Below are positions 28,650-45,952 of a stretch of 64,000 nt of DNA, in pieces. The notes beneath the pieces are model-generated. The model worked only from the letters and a program-made list of their open reading frames with translations. It did no database searches and was not told the DNA's origin. The stretch comes from the human T2T-CHM13v2.0 reference genome, Homo sapiens, in NCBI RefSeq assembly GCF_009914755.1, contig NC_060939.1. One strand, 5' to 3'. The position numbers and the translations under genes were made by a program. The first letter of the stretch is position 1. Each line of letters opens with the position of its first letter.

Positions 28650-29040
28650 GTAAGAATGGAGATACTCCTCTTGATTTCAATTTAATTAAGATGCCAGTTA
28701 TCCAAAGTTCACAATCTTTGAATTTAAACTCAATCGGAAGGAACCTCACATGAGATTAAATTTTGCTTTTGTAAATCCTTTTGCTGAGCTCAAGCCTATT
28801 GACCCCACATGTTTCTCCTTGCACTCGCCTAAGCATGCTATCCCAGTGGTAGTGAGAAGCAGAATAACCTGCGCCTTTATCTTTCTCAACTCCTTAATTC
28901 CCCAGCCTTTGGCTACATTCATGACCCCAACAGGGGCATATTTCCTTTCCACCACTTTTGTTCTCCCTGCAGCAGAAACTAACTTACCATGGAAAAGAAA
29001 GCCCTAAATCTTATCTCTCCATCAGCTTTTCTTTATGTAG

Positions 29041-29234
29041 GATTCCAAGCAAACAAAATATTATTTTCTTAATACCCAGACCGATGTTTGATACTTTAAA
29101 CCCTGGCCAAGGAAAGACTAAAGAGGAAATAAAGTTTCAAAACAAGCACAAGAGGAGCAGAAGCCATGGTGTCCAATCTGTCTCCAGTAGCACCACGTTA
29201 TTTGCCCACCATAACTATAAAACAGTAAACCAAG
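29041..29234 (+). other. Candidate exon (alternative acceptor at 28972/28975)
   Basis: Acceptors cttttctttatgtag and ttttgttctccctgcagcag; strong donor AAG|gtgagt. Confidence 0.3.
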
Positions 29235-29323
29235 GTGAGTCTTCCCTGGTACCAAATGAATCCTCTTTCCAGTAGGAAAAGAGACACTTTGTTCCCAAAA
29301 ACACTGTTGTTGTGGCCCTAGAA

Positions 29324-29610
<287 letters not shown>

Positions 29611-32179
29611 TGAGGAGTGGACTTATTGAAAGTGTTATGGGTCATGTGGTGGCACACTGCATATTTATAAGCAGTGGTTATAAAACTGGTTATGAGGTTT
29701 TAAAACCACATACTGGTCTATACTAAATAGAAATTTTTTTGAAAAATTGCTTTTCAGCATAGTGTGAGAAGCACTAGTATAAAACATATATTTAGTGTCT
29801 AAAATAATGCATCTGTCATATATAGGATATCTCCTTCCTCATCTCTCACACTTAGTGTAGATGTCTACTCTTTTTTTGTTGCTTGTGGTTTTTTAACATG
29901 CTTCTGCATTTCAACTTTATGAAATTTGTTTTAAAACATCCTGAAAAGAATCTGGAAGCACAGTGGGTTCAACATTCTTTTTAACCACAATCTTCAAGAT
30001 CGTAGTTTTTTTTTCTCTGCTAAATTTTATTAAGGCTGCTTCCAGTGGTGTATAAGAAAGTGTCTCCCACTTTTTAGTAGCATCTCTAAATCATATTGTG
30101 GACCAGTGGCTTCTAGAAGATAGGAGCCAATTACAGTGAAAGTACTGAGATTATTATGTTCTATTAAAGAAACAATATAACTTTTAACTTAGGTTGTCTG
30201 TTCTGTTCTGTCTTTATTCCTCAATCTTTCTACTTTTTGAGATCTGGCTTACCTTGGCCCTGTAATCTACAGTTACCTTTTATAATGTCTCCATTAGCCC
30301 CTGTCTAACCCTTATGATAATATTTCTACATATATTACACAAAAAATGAAGTAGAAACAATGTTGAATGACTGAAATCCTTTATCAAAAAGTTCTTAAGT
30401 AGCAAATTATGATTATAATAATTCATATCCACCTTAAAACCAGGGAGCATGAAACATAATTGAGCCAATAGACTCAATACTTTTTATGAAAGTCTGACAT
30501 TGAAGAATAAATTTAATAATATCAAATAGTAACTTAAAAGCACAAATTTGACATGGGTTTAATATTTGAAGACTAAGATATTAAAATCTAATGTTAAAGT
30601 TTTGGTTCACTATGTAGTTATAATTTCTGCCTTGCTCTATGGAACAAAAAGATGAATTGTTTATAGAAGATGTCTTATAATGCTATAAAAGAAACATAAA
30701 TGCTACTGATAAAGACTCATCACATTAAGGTGAAAATAGATTAATATTCTTTATCATGGGAACACCAGTAGCATTGAGATTGATGTTATCAAACTATCTT
30801 CAAACTGGCAGACCGCATATGTGATTGGGTTCCCTGACCTCCCAAATGAATACTTTTCTCTTATTATATAGTCTAGAAATCTGAAAACCTAAAGTGTTTC
30901 AAAGGCATTCTGAAAAAAAGATTTTAAAAAATAAAGCAGCAGTATCAAACAGCAGGGACATATAATTTTAGGACTATACCATGCGCATGTGTAGCAGGTA
31001 ACACACTTAAAGAGAATTGATCCTATGCAGGTACAATTTTATCAAATACTACCATAACTAAACAATAGTGATGGTAATAGTTACCAGAGGTACTGTATGT
31101 ATAGACTGAGATAATGACTGCATTGATTCGTTGGGTTCTCTGAAGAGGTTCTTTACAAGTTAAGACTATTTTTTAAACACACATACACACAAATTAGCTA
31201 AGGCAATTTGCATACTCTGGAAAAGTACTACATGTAGCTCACTCTATGAATACACATATGCATGTAATCTTCAAGTAAAATACAGGTAGGCATTATATCT
31301 CCAGCACAAGTCAGTAGTCTCTCTTCACTAAGAGGTTAAAGAGAGGCCATAAACCAGTGGAAAGGAATACCAGAATAAAACAAGCAAAGCTTTATTTTTC
31401 TCTTTGCTTCTTTGATTCAGTGTGTATTGTCTTCTGTGAGTCTGTTTCCTGATAATTTAAAATGAATTTTTATGTAGGCATGATATGTATAATTTCAGGT
31501 ATTGTGAATTGTTAAACTTCCAATCAGTGTACTCAGTCTCCTGTTGTTATATAATATATAGCTACTACTACCTATCTATAGTTGTTACTCTGTATCCATC
31601 ATCTTCCTGAGTTAGTAAAATAGAACAGCCATGTTATTTCCGTCCCAATAACATGATTTTCTATAACAGATAAAATCCTGTGATATGTTGTATGTAGGCA
31701 GTATTATTAAACATTTTTTCTCATTTTTTTCTCTCTCTTTCTATTGCCTTTTCCTTTAGTAGTTTGCTGCCTATGATCACACAGGAATTTATTACTCAGA
31801 ATTTTTAAAATGTGCATTTTTATTGATTTTTTATAAAAATAAAAACACTATACCCTACTTTCCTCTATCTTTCCCTTTAACTTCTATCATATTTTTCTTT
31901 TAAGCAGGAGAATTATTCTCTATTTTTCAGCTACAGTAAATCAAGTGTTTGATCATCAAGCATGGTTTTCAATCTATACAATCCTGTATTTAGGGTCTCA
32001 TTGGCTGTAAGTTGATGATGTAAAACCATTTGAAACAGATCTGTTTGTTTGAAGTGGGGTGTAGGGAACCCCTGTAAAAAGAGGGATTCCTCCCTCCCCA
32101 TATCTTCTCTCCACATGATCTTTCTCTGCCCAATGCAGAATAGCCTTAATGAGTTTCCACGGTAATTCTTGGTTTTCTT

Positions 32180-32241
32180 ATGAATAGCTTAAAAATCGAT
32201 GGATATTTAAGATGTAATCCATCAATTTTTAAGCTATTCAT
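32180..32241. repeat. Inverted repeat, 25-bp arms (24/25 match), 12-nt loop
   Basis: atgaatagcttaaaaatcgatggat / atccatcaatttttaagctattcat. Confidence 0.95.
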
Positions 32242-32999
32242 GAAGTATCTCAAATTAAAAAACAAAGAAAATATCAGCAGATACACAGAAGAGTAACTCC
32301 TAGCATCTTAAGTGAACTGTGTTTAATAAGTAGTTCCTAGAAACAGCTGTGGAAACGAAAAGGATTAAATAAACAAATTCCAAGAGGGATAAGCCTTTCC
32401 AAGGTGCAAAACGGATGCCTGTTGTTTTCGTCCCTGGAAATAATTACCATTTCTCAGTATGAATTAAGGGTCAGGCTTTGCTCACACAAAGGATAAAGTA
32501 AAATAACAAAATTTCTGTGCAGAACTTGCACAATATTTAAGAAACTCAAGGAGCCCAGAATTCTGTTTGCCCCCTCACCTATTTGCCAAATCTGGGGGTC
32601 ATGCTGAAGGCCTGGGAGCTTTACAGAGAAGTCTGACCTGTTCCCATACCTTCACAGAATTAAGGAAATAAAATCCCGCTTGAGGAACAGGCCTGCCTCA
32701 AACACATAGTTTATCATCTTCTCATGATATCTACCAAATTTGGAAATAGCATGGAATGGAAGGGCAAACAGAAAAACCCAAGACCTACAAAGGCTGACTG
32801 AATTTTCATAGTTATTTAGAGATCAGGAAGTATAAATCTACCAGTTTCCGAAGAGGAAGCTTGGAACATGCCTGAATAACATGAATGAAGCACCAACCCA
32901 GCCAATTATTCACTATAATCCATGATTGAGTAGAAGTGATTAACACCCCTCACATGTACCCTACCCATCTTACAGAATTCAACAGGAACCCTAGAAAAA

Positions 33000-35900
33000 A
33001 GGTAAGCTCAACCAGATCCTTTATGTTTCCTTAATATATGATATGCACATACAATAAAAAATTATTGAAAATGTGAATAAGCAAGAAAATGTGGCTGATA
33101 ATCAAAAGAAACAAAATAAGCAGACTAACAATCCAATAATGGATTTAGTCTGTATCTACAGACTTTAAAATTGCTATTATTAATATATCAAAGGGCAGAA
33201 GTATACATGCACTAAATGTAGGAATACATGGAGAGTTTCACTAAAGAGTTGAAATACGTGAAACAGGTTGATATTCTAGAGCTGCAAAATACAATATATA
33301 CTATTAAGTCCTTATTGGATGGGTTTCACAAGAGAAGGGACATAGAGAAGATACTATAAATATAATTAGAGATAGTTCAATACATCTAAAGGAAGCTCTG
33401 AAAGAAAGAATACTAATTAAAGAAAAAGAAAATATCAGTATATGAGCTACAGCGAGAAATTCAAATATATGTGCAATTGGAGTGCCAAAATGGAGAGCAA
33501 AGACAACAGGAAATCAATATTTAAAAACCAAATCAATATTTAAAAATCAAAATAACCAAAAATGTTCCAAAAGTAATAAATGGCATCAAGTTACGAATTC
33601 AAAAGTCTAACAGCACCCAAGCAGGATAAATAAGAAATGATCACAACAAAGATCACTGCAGTCAAATTATTAAATATCAAAGAAAAGGAAAAAATATTTA
33701 AAAGCAATGGTATGTTCTTTTCAAAAGAGAAGCAATAAAACATAAGGTTAATTTTCCAATAGTAACTGTGAAAGACAAGAGAAAATAAAATGATATCTTT
33801 AAGTGCTAAAATAAAAACTAGAATTTTATTGACTTTATTTTACTTTCAGGGGGTATACGTGCAGGTTCGTTACCTGGGTATATTATGTGATGCTGAGGTT
33901 TGGGGTATGAATGATTCCATCACCCAAGTACTGAACATAGCACCTGATAGTTTTTAAACCTTTGCCTCTTCTCTTCTCCGCTCTGATAGTCCCCGGTTTC
34001 TATTGTTACATCTTTATGTCCATGAGTACCCAATGTTCAGTTCCCATTTTTAAGTGATTACATGACATATTTTGTTCTCTATTCCTGGACTATTTTGCTT
34101 AGGATAATGGCCTCCAGCTGCATCCATGCTGCTACAAAGGACATGATTTCATTCTTTTTCATGGCTACACAGTATTCCATGGCAATATGTACTAAATTTT
34201 GTTTATCCAATCCACCGTGGATGGGCACCTAGGCTGATTCCATGTTGTTGATATTGTGAATAGTGTGATGAACATGAGAGTGCATTTGTATTTTTGGTAG
34301 AAAGATTTGTTTTCTTTTGGTTATATACCCAGTAATGGCATTGCTGGGTCAAATGGCAGTTCTGCTTTTAGCTATTTCAGAAATTGCCAAACTGCTTTCC
34401 ACAGTGACCAAACTAATTTACATTCCCACTAAGTGTATAAGTGATCCCTTTTCTCTGCATCCTCACCAGCATCTGTTGTTTTTGACTTTTTAATAGCCAT
34501 TCTGATTGGTGTGAAATGGTATCTCATTGTAGTTTTGACTTGCCTTTCTTTGACGATTAGTGATGATGAATTTTTTTTCATATATTTGTTGGACACTGGT
34601 ATGTCTTTTGAGAATGGTCTGCTCGTATCTTTGGTCCATTTTGATGGCATTATTCATTTTTTTGCTTGTTGATTTGTTTAAGCATCTTATAGACTCATGA
34701 TATTAGACATTTGTTGGATGTGTAGTTTGAAAATATGTTTTCCTATTTTCTAGGTTGTCTGCTTACTCTGTTGATAGTTTCTTTGGCTGTGCAGACTCTC
34801 TTTAGTTTAATTGGGTCCTACTTGCCAACTTTTGTTTATGTTGTAAAATTGCTTTTGAGGACTTAGTCATAAATTCTTTCCCAAGGCTGATATCTAGAAT
34901 GGTGTTTTCTATGTTTTCTTCTAGGATTTAAGAATCCTAGTTTGAAGTCTTGCATTTAAATCTTTAATCCATCTTCAGTTAGGTTTTGTATATGGTAAAA
35001 GGTAGGGATACACTTTTATTCTTCTGCATATGGCTACCTAGTTATGCAAGTATCATTATTGAATAGGGAGTCCTTCATCCATTGCTTATTTTTGTAGACT
35101 TTGTTGAAGATCAGATGGCTGAAGATGTGCTGCTTTATTTCTGGGTTCTCTCTTCTGTTCCATTGGTCTATATGTCTGTTTTTGTACAAGTACCAAGCTG
35201 CTTTGGTAGTTGTGGCTTTATAGTATAGTTTGAAGGCAGGTAGTATAATGGCTGTGGCTCTGTTTTTTGTTTGTTTGTTTTGTTTTGTTTTGTTTTTTGT
35301 TTGTTTTTGTTTTTTCTTCTTAGGCTTGCTTTGGCTATTGGGACCCTTTTTTGGTTCCATGTGAATTTTAGAGTAGTTTTTTCTAGGTCTATGAAAAATG
35401 ACATTGATAGTTCAATAGGAATAGCATTGAATCTGTAGATTGCTTTGGGCAGTATGACCACTTTAATCATATTGATTCTTCCAATGTATAGAGCATGGTA
35501 TGTTTTCCCATTTGTTTGTTTCACCTATAATTTCTTTTAGTAGCATTTTGTAGTTCTCCACTTACAGATGGTTTACCTTTTTGGTTTAAAAAAATTTTTT
35601 TATGGCTATTTTAAATGGTATTGCACTCTTGATTTGGCTCTCAGCTTGAATGTTTTAGTGTTGTATAGAAATGCTACTATTTTTTGTATTTTGACTTTGT
35701 ATCCTGAAACTGTACTAAAGTCACTTGTTAGTTCCAAAAGCCTTTTGGCAGAATATTTAGAGGTTTCTAGATATATGATCATATTTTCCATGAAGAGAGA
35801 TAGTTTGAGTTCTTCTTTGCCTATTTTATTGCCTTTTATTTTTTCTCTTGCCTGATTACTCTGACCAGGACTTCTAGTACTATGTTGAATAGGAGTGGTT

Positions 35901-37095
35901 AGAGTGAGCATCCTTGTCTTGTTTTAGTTGTCAATGGGAATGCTTCCAGTTTTTGCCCATTCAGTATGATGTTGCCTCCGTGTTTATCATAGATAACTCT
36001 TATTATTTTGTGGCATGTTCCTTCGATGCCTAGTTTCTTAAGTTTTTTATACTGAAGGGATGTTGGATTTTATTGAGAGCTTTTTTCTGCATCTATTGAG
36101 ACGATCATATGATTTTCATTTTTAATTCTGTTTATGTGATGAATCACATTTATCGATATGTGTATGTTGAACCAACCTTGCATCCCAGGAATGAAACCTA
36201 CTTCATCATGGTGAATTAACTTTTTGATATGCTGTTAAATTCAGTTTGTTAGTATTTTGTTGAGGGATATTGGTCTCTAGTTTCCTGTTTTGGTTGTGTC
36301 TTTGCCAGGTTTTGGTATCAGGGTGATGCTGGCTTCATAGAATGAGTCAGAAAGGAATCCGTCCTCCTCAGTTTTTTGGAATAGTTTCAGTTGAATTGGT
36401 ACCAGCTCTTCTTTGTACAACTGGTAGAATTCAGCTGCAAATCTATCTCAACCTGGGTGTTTTCTTTTTTTTAACAACCCACGATTTATCCTCCAGGAAA
36501 ATATCCTCTAAAAAACCCTGAAATAATTCATCAGCATATCTTTACTACAAGACATATTAAAACATTGTTGAAATTGAAGGAAAATAATTCCAAGAAGCAT
36601 GGAACTTTAGGAAAGATAGAAAAGTACCAGAAAGAGAAAATATCTAGGTGGTTATAAAGGAATATTGATTGTTAAAAAGAAATGATATACAGCCTATAAC
36701 ATATGCAGCAATAAAATAAATGAAAACAGTAATGGCATAAAGTATTGAGTTAAATATTATGTTTCATTCATTGTTCAGGAAGCTACAGTACTAATTTCAT
36801 TTGACTTTAGTAAGCGAGTATTCATGTTTTAATATCTAGAATAACCACTATAATAAAATAGATGATTCAAGCTAGTAGAGGAGAAAAATAAAATAACAAA
36901 ATAAAAACATTTTACAAACCCGAAAGAAGTTAAAAAAGGTGAAATAGGGGGACAAAAGCAGAGATGGGAAAATGAATATCAAGTAGTAATACATATTGCT
37001 TCCATTTATTATTGTAATATAAAGTTGATAAATACATTCTTTAAGTTTAAAAGTCAGTTGAGTTTAAGAAAAACATTAAATAAATAAATGGTGCT
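33000..37095 (+). mobile_element. Old L1M ORF1/inter-ORF relic, split by an L1PA15/16 insertion
   Basis: A-rich ORF1-like sequence (aagcaagaaaatgtg, gcaattggagtgcca, ccaagcaggataaat) at 33000-33823, resuming at 36473. Confidence 0.55.
33824..36472 (-). mobile_element. L1PA15/16-like 5'-truncated LINE (about 2.6 kb, disrupted ORF2)
   Basis: 3' end gtgatgctgaggtttggggtatgaatga...; ORF2 fragments ([14 protein letters not shown]); internal (TTTG)/(TTTTG)n at about 35261-35315. Confidence 0.85.
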
Positions 37096-38063
37096 GATTG
37101 TACATAGGTGACAGAAATTTGGAAAATGCTGGCACAATAACTACTACAGGGAAGCAGAAGAGAATGTTTTCTGAATTTAGGCAAACTAGATGCAGTTCTG
37201 ACTATGCTATTACTTATCTAAATAACCAGCAAATAGCAACTTGTCTTTGCAAAGCAAAAGATTATTTTTCAAAAACTTTCATATATATATGATTTTGATT
37301 CCTCAATCACTTTTTATTGAAATGATTACTATTTGCCATGTGTGACTATTTACATGTGTAGGTTATTAAGGGCCAATATATATTTTTGTTTGTGTTAAAA
37401 TGTCCAAAAGAAATTTACTCACATAGGGCATTTATAGAACTGAAGGACCATGGATTATCGAAACGATTTTGGAGAATATGAGTGATGGACCATAGCCATT
37501 CATGCAATAACTATTTATTGATTATGTAATATATGTTAGTCTTTGTGCTAGGCTCAGACATTGTGAGACAGAAAAAAAAAAAAAAAAACATGGGACCAGT
37601 CATTGCAGACAGTATTAAGTAATAGAATAAGGCTAAGTCTCAAACTGAGCAGTGGCACAGGGAGAGGAACAATTTGTTTTACTAGTGTGAGATCCTGAAA
37701 TCTTCACAAAAGACCAGACACATTAGCTATGCCTTAAATATTTAATAGCTCGCTTACTTGGGGAAAGGACATTCAACCAGTTTTGAAAAAAAAAATTGCA
37801 AATAGATTCACACTTTTAAAAAGTACAAAAATTACTTGAAATGGATGATTTAATTTGTTTAGCATTATAATTTCTGAAATGCAGACTGTACATTCCCTTC
37901 ACATGAATTGTTACATCTGATTTAGTATGTTTTTAGATTGGTTTTGTTTTGAGGCAACTGATGCTAATAAGAAACTTAACAAGAAAGAAAGCCAAGGCAT
38001 TTTCCTTTGTTAAAGTTTTAAATGTTTCTCTATTAGATTCATTATCCATTTGCTTTGTAGTTT

Positions 38064-40182
<2,119 letters not shown>

Positions 40183-40651
40183 TTAAATTTCCTTTGCTGA
40201 AAGTCAATGAAGAAAATAAATTCTGGTATATACTTGACACTTTAAAAATTATATCTTAAGCCACAAAATAACTGTATGTAATCAATTGGTATATCAAAAT
40301 AAAATATTTTCTACTTAATTATATACTTCAGGATTCTAAAAACAAATTTATCTTTTAATTTCACATCATACAGTATAATTTTTCCTCCAAGTGAAGAATG
40401 TATGTTATTATTTTAATATTATAACAGAAAAAAATCCACCCACACTGTGGGAAATATTTAATTATGAATTGTAGTAAGAATGGATCAATACCCACTCCAT
40501 GTAAGAACAAGTTAATATTTCTGAGCTTCTAGAGAAAACCTTAATCATGCAGTGGAGAAGTAAGTGTGTCCCTTTGGCTTACATATTACTTAATGCTCAC
40601 TGCCCTTAATTACCACATTATCATGTCCACTGACACATACAAAGAACATAA

Positions 40652-40916
<265 letters not shown>

Positions 40917-41009
40917 ATCAATTTTACACATAAAAGTTGGTATGAGCTCACACGTATGCATTTCCTGAGAGTAATTCTTTAAATTAGATCAAAATTATAA
41001 TGTTTAATA

Positions 41010-42010
<1,001 letters not shown>

Positions 42011-43406
42011 CTTATTTCATATTCTTACATTATTTAAACTAAGTAGAAAACCATAACATTTGAAGTTAATTCCAACAGCGTAAAAAGGTACACACTGACC
42101 TTGTTTTGGATAAACCCAAAATGTATTAAATAATTTTCTAGTTGTGATTATAAAGAGGTAAACTACTTGTGGAACACATATGCTGGCAACAGGCAAATAA
42201 TAATTATATAAAGAATTTTATTTTTATTTTCTATATGTATAATTTTAATTGAATAATTACATACAAAGATTTTATGATAATGATAATTGGGTACAACAAA
42301 CTACATTTATTTTAAATTCATTAGCGAAGTGGGACGCTGCTAAACAGTTTTCAAATATTACCTTATTTTGTCCTGATAAGAGCAATCGCAAATGATTTTC
42401 AAAGCCGGATTGCTTTACTTCAGAGCCTAAGTTCTTAATAAGTACACTATTGCCTTGCTGTGGCAATTTTATGTATGCTGTATATTAGCCCTTATTTGTT
42501 AAGCATCTGTTATGTGTCAGACACTCTAAAAGTACATGATCTCACTGATCCTCACAGCTGGATAGGTACGTATCATGATCCCTATTTATTAGATACCCTA
42601 TTTGAGGAATTGCATTTATTGGAAATTTAAAATTGATGATTACAAATAGGGGCAATCACTAATGCTTAGATATAATTATGTTTTCCAAATCAGAGCTTAT
42701 CTTAGGAAGAAATGCAATCTTACTCTTCCATTGTTACCGTTTCCAAATTTTCTAGAAACAATGCGTATGCTTACATAATACTGTTTTGGTAAAACCACAT
42801 TAAAAATAAGGACTGTTGTTGCTTTGAATGCTGGTTTTTAGGTGAATGATATTCTCCTACAAAAGTCAACTACTGGTAGATAATTCAGAGATTTATGCAC
42901 CAAAAATAATAAAATAGCAAGGATAACTCATTGCCTATTATGAGTACTAGACATCTGTATTCATATGAGACTAGATGAAAAGCTCATTTTCTTTGTCCCA
43001 CAGGTCAGTGTCTGGAATAAAATTAAAATGTGTAAAAGTGGTTCGTAAAATTCTGTCTCCCAGATAAATATTCCCTGGGCAAAAGGGAGAAATGAATTGG
43101 AGGATATGGGTGTTAAGTTTGCCTGCACATATTCTACTCAGAATTTCTTTTCTTATAAAGTGGGCCCTCTGATGGTATGATTTTTTTAAAATTCAATTTA
43201 TTTTAATAGTTCTTCCAAGAAAAACAACAGCGTCATGACACCAGTTGCCTGCTGAATCTTTTATAGCTATTAGGAAAATGAGCTCCACAAGTAATAACTA
43301 CTTCAATAGAAGTTCTTAGGAAACTTGGAGCATATTAGAGTGTGGAGCTGTGTCTGCAGAGGCAGATGAAAGAGACAGCTGAAGCAATTATGTAGATATT
43401 TCGGGA

Positions 43407-43518
43407 AAATGGAAACAAGATAATTAAGATAATTTGATTAAAAATTGAATTTTTTAATGCAACACAAATGGAAACAAGATAATTAAGATAATTTGGTTAA
43501 AAATGAATTTTTTTAATG
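43407..43518. repeat. 59-bp two-copy tandem duplication
   Basis: aaatggaaacaagataattaagataatttg(a/g)ttaaaaat...gaatttttt.aatg starts at 43407 and 43466. Confidence 0.92.
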
Positions 43519-44069
43519 TAAGAAGTTGCCTGGTCATGGGACAGTGTTAGTTGTGGCAAAGCTTATAGGGCCATGTTCAGATCAAGTTTCCATAAAGGAG
43601 AGAAATACATGCCACAAACAGCTGCTTGATTGCGGCGGCATCTTGATTCTTTGATGCCACTTAATACCCATTTTGGTAAAGATTCTATTTTGGAAAAATG
43701 TCCTACTGTAAAAAAATAGAAGTGATTTAGGTAATTCAGGAAAAAACTTAGAAACATATTATGTAACATGTTAGGTCAACAGTCCTAATTTTAGCTTAAT
43801 GTTTTGCATTTATAAAAGGTTTTAGAGACTAAACTGATTCTACAAAATTGTCCAGTGAGGGAATGCCTTACTCTTAGTACAGGTTTCTAAGGTAATGGAT
43901 AAGGTCACACCTTCTAGTGTTTTGGTCCCTGCAGATGGCTTAACCAACCCTACAAGTTGGTTAATACTCTTACCTCCATTAGGGTGATAAGGAAACTGAG
44001 CTAAGCTAGCAAGCACAACCAATTAAGTGGCAAAGCCAAGACTAAAAAACTCAGACATACAAGCTTTTC

Positions 44070-44860
44070 TTTTTCTTTTTTTATTTTTTTTGCTTAAAAA
44101 AGTTTAACAAGACAGGTAATTCCTTTGGACAATAAAAATTCAAAAAGCAAAAAGACTACATAGCAATAAGCAAATCTCCCTCTTTCCTGTACTTCTCGCC
44201 ACCCATCCCTTTTCCTTAGGGAGAGCTCACTTTACCCATTTAATTTTGTATCTTTTTAGTGATGTTCTATGTACATCAAGCATTTTTATATAGGTCTTTA
44301 TGTATGTAAATAAACAAATGATAGATTATGCGCCATTCTTCACCCTTTTTTCAGTTTTTAACATAACATATAGGTCTTTACCTACAAATATAGAGTCACT
44401 TCATATTTTCTAGAAGATATATTGTATTCCATTGTATAATGTATCACAATATCCATGAGGGACAGTAAGTTGTTTCCCATCATATTTTATTACTAAATAT
44501 ACTGCAAAAATTATTATTTTTTATGTGTCCCATTTAGTAATTTTGTTTTAGGTGTGTATTTATATATAATAGATAAACTTTGCTTTTAAACGTAACATTT
44601 TATTGTTTGAACCATTTACACTTATTGATATAACAGGCCTAGTTCTATCATTTTTGTTTGTTCTTTTTATAATCTGTTTTGTTCTCTAGTCCATCTATAA
44701 TTTATTTTAGTAATTTAGAAAGTTGATCTTTTTCATTTATAATATATTTATTCATCTCATTTTTGAGACATTATGTATGCACTTTCCGTAATAAGCAATG
44801 ATAAAATTAGTTTAGTCCATATTAGTTTAGTTCCTCAATTTTTTAGTTTAGTTCCTTAAC
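44070..44860 (-). mobile_element. Old L1M(E) relics
   Basis: T-rich L1ME 3'-like tract (gtattccattgtat...ttgtttccc). Confidence 0.45.
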
Positions 44861-44870
44861 TTTTTAAGCA

Positions 44871-45952
44871 TTTTTAAATTATGCTTTAAGTTCTGGGATA
44901 CATGTGCTGAACATGCAGGTTTGTTACATAGGTATACACGTGCCATGGTGGTTTGCTGCACCCATCAACCCGTCATCTACATGAGGTATTTCTCCTAATG
45001 CTATCGCTCCCCTAGCCCCCCACCCCATGATAGGCCCTGGTGTGTGATGTTCCCCTCTGTGTGTCCATGTGTTCTCTTTGTTCAATTCCCACTTATGAGT
45101 GAGAACATGCAGTGTTTGGTTTTCTGTTGCTGTGTTAGTTTGCTGAGAATGATAGTTTCCAGCTTCATCCATGTCCCTGTAAAGGACATGAACTCATCCT
45201 TTTTTATGGCTGCATAGTATTCCAGGGTGTATATGTGCCACATTTTCTTTATCCAGTCTATCATTGATGGGCATTTGAGTTCGTTCCAAGTCTTTGCTAT
45301 TGTGAACAGTGCTGCAATAAACATACGTGTGCATGAGTCTTTATCATAGAATGATTTATAATCCTTTGGGTATATACCCAGTAAATGGGATTGCTGGGTC
45401 AAATGGTGTTTCTGCTTCTAGATTTTTGAGGAATCGCCATACTGTCTTCCCCAATGATTGAACTGATTTACACTCCCACCAACAGTGTAAAAGCGTTCCT
45501 ATTTCACCACATCCTCTCCAGCATCTGTTGTTTCCTGACTTTTTAATGATCACCATTCTAACTGGCATGAGATGGTGTCTCATTGTGGTTTTGATTTGCA
45601 TTTCTCTAATGACCAGTGGTGATGAGCTTTTTTTTCATATGTTTTTTGGCTGCATAAATGTCTTCTTTTGAGAAGTGTCTGTTCATATCCTTCACCCTCT
45701 TTTTGTTGGGGTTATTTTTTTCTTGTAAATTTGTTTAAGCTCCTTGTAGATTCTAGATATTAGCCCTTTGTCAGATGGATAGATTGCAAAAATTTTCTTC
45801 CATTCTGTAGGTTGCCTATCCACTCTGATGAAGCTGTGGAGGAGCTCTTTAGTTTAATTAGATCCCATTTGTCAATTTTGGCTTTTGTTGCCATTGCTTT
45901 TTGTGTTTTATTCATGGAGTCTTTGCCCATGCCTATGTCCTGAATGATACTG
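44871..45952 (-). mobile_element. L1PA7-like 5'-truncated LINE (about 1.1 kb)
   Basis: taagttctgggatacatgtg...gccatggtggtttgctgcacccatcaacccgtcatctaca; ORF2 C-terminal fragments. Confidence 0.9.

Noticed and set aside
30778-30840. Possible C/D-box snoRNA (tgatgtt...ctga)
   Set aside because: Imperfect C box, no terminal stem, no recognisable guide
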